From contig CAXNJC010000001.1 of NCBI GenBank assembly GCA_964202525.1, positions 1-24,909 of the forward strand: a DNA stretch of 24,909 nucleotides, in the 5' to 3' direction. Position numbers and translations under genes: made by a program. Origin of the DNA: Pirellulales bacterium (lineage in GTDB: Bacteria; Planctomycetota; Planctomycetia; Pirellulales; UBA1268). Below the pieces are notes generated by a model, which was not told the DNA's origin, made no database searches, and was given only the letters and a program-made list of their open reading frames with translations. Shown here in pieces: positions 18,087 to 24,909 of the stretch; the stretch's first letter is position 1, and each line of letters begins with the position of its first letter.

Positions 18087-18764
18087 TCAGGCGGGGTTCT
18101 GCCGTTCGCATCCGGCCGGCCGCTCGTTGCGGTCGAGGGCGGCCCGCCAGACCGGAGCCCCCGCGAGCCGCGTGCGACGCTCGAAGTGCGTGCGGTAGTC
18201 GAGGTCGTGCTCCGGCGGCGGCGGCTCCTCGTCGCGGGCCGCGGCGAACAGGCCCGTGGCGGCGGCGAAGCCCATCGACTCCTCGAAGTATTCCTCGACG
18301 TCGGTCCAGACGTGCAGCGTGGCCCCGGGTGGCAGCACTCGGCCGGCATGCTTCAGGAACTCTGCCGAGAGCACCCGCCGCTTGCGATGGCGGGCCTTCC
18401 ACCAGGGGTCGGGAAAGTAGACGTGCATTCCGCCAAGGCAGGCGTCGGGCAGCAGGCTCCGCACCAGGAAGGTGCCGTCTCCCTGGATGACGCGGGCGTT
18501 GGTGCGGTGGATGGAGGCCAGCCGGCCAGCGCACAGCCGGGCATAGCCCACGGCGAGCTCCACGCCGAGGAAGTTTCGCGCCGGGGTCCTCCCCGACGCG
18601 GTCACGAGGAACAGACCCTTACCGCTGCCGACCTCGAGTTCGACCGGCGCCGGCGATGCGAAGAGCGAGGCCGGGTCGCACGGGCAGGGAAGCGCGTCGA
18701 CCGTCAGCAGGTGCGCCGAGAGGTCGAGCGATGGATCGAGCTTCCGAGGGGGGCGGCGGGGCAT
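18087..18764 (-). CDS. trmB: tRNA (guanine-N7)-methyltransferase
   Basis: ELEVGSGKG, NFLGVE, YFPDPWWKARHRKRRV, TDVEEY, THFE. Confidence 0.92.
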   Translation of the reverse strand: MPRRPPRKLDPSLDLSAHLLTVDALPCPCDPASLFASPAPVELEVGSGKGLFLVTASGRTPARNFLGVELAVGYARLCAGRLASIHRTNARVIQGDGTFLVRSLLPDACLGGMHVYFPDPWWKARHRKRRVLSAEFLKHAGRVLPPGATLHVWTDVEEYFEESMGFAAATGLFAAARDEEPPPPEHDLDYRTHFERRTRLAGAPVWRAALDRNERPAGCERQNPA

Positions 18765-18840
18765 GCGGCACTCTGGCGACAAAGGGGCGGGCGCACGCCG
18801 CCCGCGAAGCCGGCCCAGCCGGCGGCGTGTCCGGATCAGG

Positions 18841-19365
18841 TCACGTCGAAGCGGCCCGATTGGCGGGCTCGAGGACCTCGATCGGCAGGGGCACCCCCTT
18901 GATCACACCGTCGACCACGATGCTCTCGCGAACGAGGCCCTGGAATCGGCAGACGATCATCGCCCGGGGCCGGACGCGAACCCGCTCCACGGCGATCACC
19001 AGGCGATCGCCGGGAACGACCGGCTCGCGGAACCGCACCTCCTCCAGACCCCCGAAGCCGATCACCTCCGCATCGAGGAGGTTGTGCCGCTGCGTGTAGT
19101 AGCTCGAGAGCTGGGCGGCCGCCTCGCACATCAGCACGCCGGGCATCAGCGGGACTCCGGGGAAATGCCCCCGCACCCAGAACTCGTCGGCGGTCACGTC
19201 CTTGTAGCCGACGCACAGACCGCGGGCCTGGTCCTCGTGGACGATCGCCGTGAGCTGCTCCATCTCGAACCGCTGCCTGTTCCAGCGGCGGATCTCGTGG
19301 ATGTCGGCGATCACCCGGTCGAGGTCGTACTCGTTTGGATGGATGATGTAGTCGCGGGGGGCCAT
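18841..19365 (-). CDS. fabZ: 3-hydroxyacyl-ACP dehydratase FabZ-like (hotdog fold)
   Basis: FWVRGHFPGVPLMPGVLMCEAAAQL (catalytic His and Glu), FREPVVPGD. GGAGGA Shine-Dalgarno upstream of the ATG at 19365. N-terminal QRFEMEQL replaces the usual PHRYPF, so exact orthology is uncertain. Confidence 0.75.
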   Translation of the reverse strand: MAPRDYIIHPNEYDLDRVIADIHEIRRWNRQRFEMEQLTAIVHEDQARGLCVGYKDVTADEFWVRGHFPGVPLMPGVLMCEAAAQLSSYYTQRHNLLDAEVIGFGGLEEVRFREPVVPGDRLVIAVERVRVRPRAMIVCRFQGLVRESIVVDGVIKGVPLPIEVLEPANRAAST

Positions 19366-19418
19366 GGCGGGCTCTCCTCCGACAGGCGGGAACCGTCTGC
19401 TGCGGTCTGAGATGCGGA

Positions 19419-19517
19419 TCAGGTGCGGATGTGGCGGCGCTTGGCCTTGCGGGCCTTGCTGTTGGCGGGACGGGCGCCGTGGTTGGCCTTTTTCAGCCTG
19501 CGGTGGGGCTTTGCCAT
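19419..19517 (-). CDS. 32-aa basic peptide, bL37-like ribosomal protein (absent from the ORF track)
   Basis: Translation MAKPHRRLKKANHGARPANSKARKAKRRHIRT*. AGGAG Shine-Dalgarno 9 nt upstream (19527-19531). KANHGxRP resembles mycobacterial bL37 (..KANHGKRPNA). Confidence 0.8.
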   Translation of the reverse strand: MAKPHRRLKKANHGARPANSKARKAKRRHIRT

Positions 19518-19596
19518 CGAAACATGCTCCTGGACTGGTGTGCCGGCGGGGCCCGCCGTTGTACCACGGGCTGCGGCCCCCTTCCACCGCAGCGGT

Positions 19597-20091
19597 TTAG
19601 CGGTCGACCATGGCCTGGCCGCGCTCCGCCGCGAGCGATTCTCGCAGGCTCACGCGCAGGATCTCCACGAAACTCGCGACGAGAAAGCCGGCCAGGCCGC
19701 CGATCACGGCCGCCGACACGCCGCCGAGCACAGCCCCTGCCGTCGTGCAGGAGGTCCACGCCACCAGCGCGGTCGCGCCGGCCGCACCGCCGCAGGCCGC
19801 TCCGATGCCGGCCGAGACCGGAACCAGTCGCCCGAGGCTCGTCCGCTGCTCCAGTCGATGGGCCCGGGGACGCGGCAGCGGCTGGGCAGCCGCAGCGACC
19901 GCACGGACCCGGCGGAGGTCGCGGTCGGTCGCCTCGCGCAGGCTGGTGCCCAGCGCGTTGCCGAGCACGTGCATGGCGACGCTGGCCGCGAGCACGGCCG
20001 CCGCGATCCAGCCCGCGATGCCCAGCCATTCGATGGCGGCACAGGCCACACCGATCACCACCGCCAGCCAGGTAAACGTCGCCGGACGCAT
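19597..20091 (-). CDS. Hypothetical membrane protein (two hydrophobic blocks)
   Basis: GAGGAG Shine-Dalgarno 6 nt upstream of the ATG; hydrophobic N- and C-terminal segments; fills the gap between co-oriented genes. Confidence 0.7.
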   Translation of the reverse strand: MRPATFTWLAVVIGVACAAIEWLGIAGWIAAAVLAASVAMHVLGNALGTSLREATDRDLRRVRAVAAAAQPLPRPRAHRLEQRTSLGRLVPVSAGIGAACGGAAGATALVAWTSCTTAGAVLGGVSAAVIGGLAGFLVASFVEILRVSLRESLAAERGQAMVDR

Positions 20092-20109
20092 CGGGGACTC
20101 CTCGCCCGT

Positions 20110-20115
20110 AGTATA
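20110..20115 (-). promoter_or_regulatory. -10-like TATACT upstream of the membrane hypothetical
   Basis: Exact TATACT on the minus strand, just upstream of the Shine-Dalgarno; no -35 recognised. Confidence 0.3.
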
Positions 20116-20136
20116 GGCGGGCCGCCCCCGCGGGCC

Positions 20137-21582
20137 TCACCAGCCGGCCGTCACCGCATCCGCACCGTAGATCGGCAGCAGCCGGTAGTACACCTCGAGC
20201 GTCAGCACCGCCAGGGCCGTGTGGGCCAGGCGGCCCCCGGAGGCGGTCTCGTGGTCGGCGAAGAACCAGCTCCCCTCTTCGTGGCCGTGCCGCGCCTGCC
20301 GCGCCACGAGCTGATCGCGGTTGCGGGCGTTCCACCGCTTCCAGAGCGGATGATCCCGCTGCATCAGCGCCTGGGCGAGGTAGAAGTTCAAGTACACGTC
20401 GTCCGGCGCCGGACCGGCCTTGGCCAGGGCGCCGAGGCCGCGGTCGATGGCCGCCTCGTTCGGCCACCGCATGTAGAGCCGGCACAGGAGGCCCACCGCC
20501 GACGTGCACGGACGGGCGTGGGGCGACTGGTAGCCGTAGGCCTCGCCCTGCCGCACCTGCACTCGATCCAGAAACCGCTCGACGCCCTCCATGGTGGGCG
20601 AGGGCACCGGAACACCCGCCAGGGCCGCGCTCCGCAGGGCGGCGAGCTGCCACGCGGTGACGGTGGTGTCACCCGGCTGGCCGGGTAGGTAGCGCCAGCC
20701 GCCGCCGTGAAGATCCTGCGCGGTCTCGATGAACCGCACTGCGTCGCGGACGTAGGGCACGAAGGCTTCGTCACGGGTCATGCCGAGCGCCTCCGCCAGC
20801 GCCATGGTGGCGATGCCGTGGCCATACATCGTTCCCTCGCCGAGATCGCCGCCCCGCGGCGTGATCCGCATCCGGCTCATCAGGTAGTAGAGGCCGCGCG
20901 AGACCGTCTCCCGGTGCGTGCCCTCGACGTGCGTGTGGCCGGCGCCGAGGAACGGCAGCAGCGCGACGCCCGTCGCGGCCGTGGTGCTCGTGACGCTGCC
21001 GGCATCCCGGCATCCGCCGTCGCAGCGGCAACCGGAGAGGTCGAACCGCCATGACCCGTCGGCCGCCTGGTGCCGCGCGAGCCAGGCGAGCCCACGATCG
21101 ACCGCTTCCTCGCTCGCGGGCGAGCCTCCGCGGGCCGCGGCGCCGTCGTGGCGGCCCGTGCCGCGGCGTCCCGCGTACGGGTCGTCGGTGGCCGTGGCCG
21201 TGGCGACGGCAAACGGTGCCGCGACACTGTCGAGCGACTCGTCGGCCGGCATCTCCGCCGTCCGCTCGATGAGCTCCGAAACGAGGCTCGGCTCGACGTC
21301 GGCCTGCTCGGGAGGCACCACCGTGACCTCGACGGCCGCGATCTCTACGGCTGCCCCACCTGGCGGCGCGGAATCGTCGTCGAGGCCCAGTTCGTCGAGC
21401 GCGGCCTCGGCGGTCCCAATCTCGATCGGCCGCGGCCGGTACGACGTCTCGACCGGGATCATGAACAGGGCGAGCATCACCAGGATCCCCAGGTGACCGA
21501 GGAGACTGGCGTAGGTCGACCGCACGGCCGCACTGCCGACCAGCCGCTCGATCGAAGTCGGTGACTCGCGGCGGTCGAGCAT
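20137..21582 (-). CDS. Membrane-anchored prenyltransferase/squalene-oxidase (QW) repeat protein, paralog 1
   Basis: N-terminal hydrophobic helix, acidic linker, AVDRGLAWLARHQAADGSW, GGWRYLPGQPGDTTVTAWQ, EGSW, LEVYYRLLPIY. Confidence 0.85.
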   Translation of the reverse strand: MLDRRESPTSIERLVGSAAVRSTYASLLGHLGILVMLALFMIPVETSYRPRPIEIGTAEAALDELGLDDDSAPPGGAAVEIAAVEVTVVPPEQADVEPSLVSELIERTAEMPADESLDSVAAPFAVATATATDDPYAGRRGTGRHDGAAARGGSPASEEAVDRGLAWLARHQAADGSWRFDLSGCRCDGGCRDAGSVTSTTAATGVALLPFLGAGHTHVEGTHRETVSRGLYYLMSRMRITPRGGDLGEGTMYGHGIATMALAEALGMTRDEAFVPYVRDAVRFIETAQDLHGGGWRYLPGQPGDTTVTAWQLAALRSAALAGVPVPSPTMEGVERFLDRVQVRQGEAYGYQSPHARPCTSAVGLLCRLYMRWPNEAAIDRGLGALAKAGPAPDDVYLNFYLAQALMQRDHPLWKRWNARNRDQLVARQARHGHEEGSWFFADHETASGGRLAHTALAVLTLEVYYRLLPIYGADAVTAGW

Positions 21583-21780
21583 CGACGCTTTCTCCGGGCC
21601 CGGGCCGGTGGACTCGTCCGCCTGCGGGGGCGGCGCAGGTGGCGTCGACTTCGCAGGCGCGCACCGTTCCCTACCATCATCATCGGCCGAGAGGATCGCA
21701 GGTGTTCAGCCCGGCGGGAAACCAGGCGGCTCGGGGTTGCCCATACCCCGGCGCCGGACGCTCGCGGGGCTCGTGGCGGG

Positions 21781-23373
21781 CTATTCCTTGAACTCGACTT
21801 CCACCGATGCGGTGCCGTAGATCGGCAGGTGGCGGTAGTAGACCTCGAGGATCATCGTCGCGAGCGACGTGCAGTACAGACGCCCGGCGGCCTCGGCGCC
21901 GTGCCCCCCGTCCACGCCCTCGTGCCAACTCCCCGACTCGTGATCCTTGGCCGACTGCGCCTTCAGCAGCATCGCCTTCATCTTCGTGTTCCACGCGATC
22001 CAGACGTCGCCCTCCATGTGATGCATGATCTGCGTCGCGTAGTAGTCGTAGTACAGGTCGGGGGTGGGCCCCGTCCGCGCCAGGTAGGCGACGCCGTCTT
22101 TCAGTGCCGGGTGGTCCTTCTTCCAGCCGAGGTACATCCGGCAGAGTAGGCCCACGGCCGTCAGCCCGGGCGAGAACCGCGAGTTGTCCGTGTAGCCGTA
22201 GCGGGCGCCCTTCTGCGACTCGACCGAGTTCAGGAAGGCCACCGCCTTCTTGATCGTCAGGGGATTGACGTTCAGGTAGGCCATGTTGCCGCTCTTCAGC
22301 GCCATGATCTGCCAGCCCACCGCGGACGTGTCGCCCGGCTGCCGGGGCGTGTACCGCCAGCCGCCGCCGGCGGGGTCCTGGGCCTGCATGATGAAGGTGA
22401 GCGCGGCCTGCGTCGGGGCGGCGAGCCGGCTGTCCTGCGTCATCGCGTAGCATTCCGAGAGCGCGATGCCGGCCAGACCCTGCGAGTACATCGTGCCCGC
22501 CTCGCGGTAGGCCTTGCCATTGCCCTCGGCGGACAGCGTGGCGAGGTAGGCGATTCCGCTCTCCACCGTCTTCTTGAACTTGCCCTCGCGGTGCGTGTAG
22601 CCGCGGCCGAGGAAGGGAAGGAGGGCCATGGCGGTGGCGCCGCAGCGGTCCTTCGCCTTGCTGACGCCGGAGTGGGAGCACTTGCCGGCGCAGCTGGGGC
22701 ACGTGGTGAGATCGAACGACCACCCGCCGTCGGGAAGCTGGTGGCCGGCGATCCACTGCAGGGCCCGGTCGACGGCCTGCTCCGTGTCGGCGCCGCCGCC
22801 GCCGGCGGCGGCGAGGTTTGCAGCCTGGGCGCGGCCGCCGAGACCCCCGGCCGTTCCGCCGATGGCGCCGATCGACGCCATCATGTCGGACGCAGGCGCG
22901 GTCTCGGTGCCGAAGTCGGATAGCTCGACCTGCAGCGGCGCGGCGTCGACGTCGGTGGCGTCGGCGACGACCTCGACCGGCGTCTCGATCATGTCGGTGG
23001 TCACCGCGACCTCGGCGGTGGGATCCGCCGCCGCCGCGTCCGGCTGGGGCTGGTTGTCCTCGAACTCCGTGAACTCGTCTTCCGTCTCGGGCGCGGTCGA
23101 GGTGATCTGGCGGATCTTGGGCTTCGCTGGGGGCTGGCTGACGATCAGGGCCATCGCCAGCAGCACGACGACGTGCACGAGCGTGCTGACCGCCCAGGCG
23201 GGTGCCTGCCGCACGGCTTCCGAGGCGATCGATTCGTACTCGTCACCGCTGTCCGTCTCCTCCGCCGCCGCCGCTGCCGGCCTGACGGCGGCGGCCGGTT
23301 CAGGGCCGCGCGGGGCCGGTCGTGGCGGCACTGCGGGCTTGTTGACGGGATCGGGATCGACGTGGCTTGACAT
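21781..23373 (-). CDS. Membrane-anchored prenyltransferase/squalene-oxidase (QW) repeat protein, paralog 2
   Basis: Hydrophobic helix at about aa 58-77, acidic linker, AVDRALQWIAGHQLPDGGW, GGWRYTPRQPGDTSAVGWQ, SGSW, LEVYYRHLPIY. Confidence 0.87.
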   Translation of the reverse strand: MSSHVDPDPVNKPAVPPRPAPRGPEPAAAVRPAAAAAEETDSGDEYESIASEAVRQAPAWAVSTLVHVVVLLAMALIVSQPPAKPKIRQITSTAPETEDEFTEFEDNQPQPDAAAADPTAEVAVTTDMIETPVEVVADATDVDAAPLQVELSDFGTETAPASDMMASIGAIGGTAGGLGGRAQAANLAAAGGGGADTEQAVDRALQWIAGHQLPDGGWSFDLTTCPSCAGKCSHSGVSKAKDRCGATAMALLPFLGRGYTHREGKFKKTVESGIAYLATLSAEGNGKAYREAGTMYSQGLAGIALSECYAMTQDSRLAAPTQAALTFIMQAQDPAGGGWRYTPRQPGDTSAVGWQIMALKSGNMAYLNVNPLTIKKAVAFLNSVESQKGARYGYTDNSRFSPGLTAVGLLCRMYLGWKKDHPALKDGVAYLARTGPTPDLYYDYYATQIMHHMEGDVWIAWNTKMKAMLLKAQSAKDHESGSWHEGVDGGHGAEAAGRLYCTSLATMILEVYYRHLPIYGTASVEVEFKE

Positions 23374-23412
23374 GGCGGCTTCCCCGCGGGAGTTCCTTCC
23401 CGCCCATGAAAA

Positions 23413-23421
23413 ACTATATCA
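23413..23421 (-). promoter_or_regulatory. Extended -10 (TGA-TATAGT) for the QW paralog 2 gene
   Basis: TGnTATAGT on the minus strand, 40 nt upstream of the ATG at 23373, in the only AT-rich patch of this intergenic region. Confidence 0.5.
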
Positions 23422-23642
23422 CGGCCGGTCGGCCCGATGAGCGGACCAGAACGGTGCGGCGGGGGTGTCCGAGCGCCCTCGGCAACGCCTCCCGCCCACT
23501 GCCGCGCTCGGCGTGCGGGCTCGGGTTTATTCCCCGTTTGGGCCGTCCCCGGGGGACCGCTGGTTTTCCCGAGCGTTCGCGGGTACGGTGGTGTTTTCCC
23601 GTGTGGGCCGTTCCGCAAGCGCAGGTAGGCAGGTAGGACGAT

Positions 23643-23807
23643 ATGGCGAAGGGTAAGAAGAAACTGGAAGTGGTCCACCTCGTCTGCGAGGAGACCGGCG
23701 ACATGAACTACACGCTCCGTCGCAAGACGGGGGGCGAGAAGCTCAAGGTCAAGAAGTACTCGCCTCGGCTCCGCAAGCACACGCTCCACAACGAGAAGCG
23801 GAAGTAG
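23643..23807 (+). CDS. rpmG: 50S ribosomal protein L33, single-Cys (zinc-independent type) form (absent from the ORF track)
   Basis: Translation [54 protein letters not shown] (54 aa); [17 protein letters not shown] is the L33 signature; AGGTAGGA upstream. Confidence 0.95.
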   Translation: MAKGKKKLEVVHLVCEETGDMNYTLRRKTGGEKLKVKKYSPRLRKHTLHNEKRK

Positions 23808-23820
23808 CCCGGGCGGCTGC

Positions 23821-24909
23821 TCAGCCGGCGGCCTCGAGAGCCCGCGCCACCGACGCCTCGTCGGTGACCTCGGCCACTTGATCCGCGGCGGCCAGCATCG
23901 AGGGATCGACCGCCTGGCCGGGTTCGACGAGGAGCAGACGGCACTCCGCAGGCCGCGCGAAGCTCGAGCCCATGGCCGTGGCCACCTCGATCTCGCAGGG
24001 GCAGGCCGGCGGCACGGTCACCGCGTCGGCGAGGTGTCGGGCGAGCAGCGCTCCGAGCCGGCCCTGGGGCAGGCTCTCGTCGATTCCCCAGCGGATGCCG
24101 CTCGTCGGCCGCGGCACGATGCCGGCGCGGCATGCGGTCAGTCGGCCCCGCCGCGCGAACCGCGAGACGTTTGCCCCGTCGCGCCAGCGGGGCGTGGCCG
24201 AGGGGTCGGTCTCGTGCCAGATGTGCAGCGATCGCGTGCGGTCGAGGATCGATGCCAGCCGCACGCCGCGTTGGCGAAGCCGCAGCCCAAGATCGTCGTC
24301 CTCCTGGCCCCAGCCGACGAACCGCTCGTCGAATCCATTGACGGCCAAGAAGTCGTCCCGCCACACGCCGAAGTCGCCGCCGGCGAGCCGGGGCTTCGTG
24401 GCGTGCCGCAGCGCGGCGTGCCACCAGGCCTTGCGGTGCCGACGGACCAGCGCCCGATGCTCGGAGGCGGTGACGAGGCGGCCGAGATCGGTGACCGCGA
24501 GGTTCTCCGGCAGGAGCGATCGCGACGCCGCTTCCGCCAGCCGCGCGCAGTAGCCGAGCAGCGCGGTGCCGCGACGGCGGCGGGCCACGTGGGCGGCCAC
24601 GTGGTGGCGGGGGATCATGCAGTCGCCGTCGAGAAACAGCAGGTACTCGCCGCGGGCGAGCCGGGCCGCCGCGTTGCGGGACCGGGCGAGCCGGAAGCCG
24701 TCGTGGGGCTGCGACACGTACCGCACGGCGACCCCGGAGCTGGTGGCGAACGCCCGCACGACGTTCGGCGTGTCGTCGCCGGAACCGTCGTCGGAGACGA
24801 CCACCTCGAGGGTGGTGCTGCGGAGCCGCTGCAGCGCGATCGATTCGAGCACCAGCGCGAGATGGCGGGGCCGGCGGAACGTGGTGACGAGTATCGACAC
24901 GTCGACGGA
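23821..24909 (-). CDS. Glycosyltransferase family 2 protein, 5' end outside window
   Basis: Frame open to the window edge (SVDVSILVTTFRRP); VVVSDDGSGD, GFRLARSRNAAA, FLDGDC (DxD), NGFDERFVGWGQEDDDLGLRL. Confidence 0.92.
   Translation of the reverse strand, partial: SVDVSILVTTFRRPRHLALVLESIALQRLRSTTLEVVVSDDGSGDDTPNVVRAFATSSGVAVRYVSQPHDGFRLARSRNAAARLARGEYLLFLDGDCMIPRHHVAAHVARRRRGTALLGYCARLAEAASRSLLPENLAVTDLGRLVTASEHRALVRRHRKAWWHAALRHATKPRLAGGDFGVWRDDFLAVNGFDERFVGWGQEDDDLGLRLRQRGVRLASILDRTRSLHIWHETDPSATPRWRDGANVSRFARRGRLTACRAGIVPRPTSGIRWGIDESLPQGRLGALLARHLADAVTVPPACPCEIEVATAMGSSFARPAECRLLLVEPGQAVDPSMLAAADQVAEVTDEASVARALEAAG

Noticed and set aside
21583-21780. ncRNA or riboswitch between the QW paralogs
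   Set aside because: Only short GC stems (for example CGGGGT/ACCCCG) were seen, with no recognisable conserved motif; an Rfam scan would be needed.
20137-23373. Squalene-hopene cyclase genes / hopanoid cluster
   Set aside because: No DXDD motif, catalytic region shorter than SHC, N-terminal anchor plus linker architecture, and no hpn genes nearby.

Overview
Very GC-rich bacterial chromosome segment, most likely Planctomycetota (inferred from planctomycete-type hypothetical proteins, the QRFEMEQL-type FabZ and the bL37-like peptide). It is mostly housekeeping. In order: the 3' part of an olefin biosynthesis cluster (5'-truncated oleBC fusion, oleD); a palindromic 83-bp doublet repeat; three-gene transhydrogenase (pntAa-pntAb-pntB); rplM-rpsI; a secreted Gly/Met-rich multidomain protein; an ABC ATPase/permease/accessory-protein operon; HlyC/CorC; proB; purF; trmB; fabZ-like; a membrane hypothetical; two tandem membrane-anchored QW-repeat (prenyltransferase/squalene-oxidase-like) proteins; rpmG; and a 5'-truncated GT2 glycosyltransferase. 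Two real small genes missing from the ORF track were read directly from the sequence: a 32-aa bL37-like ribosomal protein (19419..19517, -) and L33 (23643..23807, +). The best leads are (1) a secreted protein with an internal CFI-box-like module next to a thioester-domain-like region, (2) two QW-barrel proteins with a TonB/TolA-type SxxxH membrane anchor, (3) an ABC permease with a His-rich insertion, and (4) the REP/MITE-like doublet. No rRNA, tRNA, CRISPR array or transposase was recognised. All family assignments come from motif recognition by eye; no searches were run.
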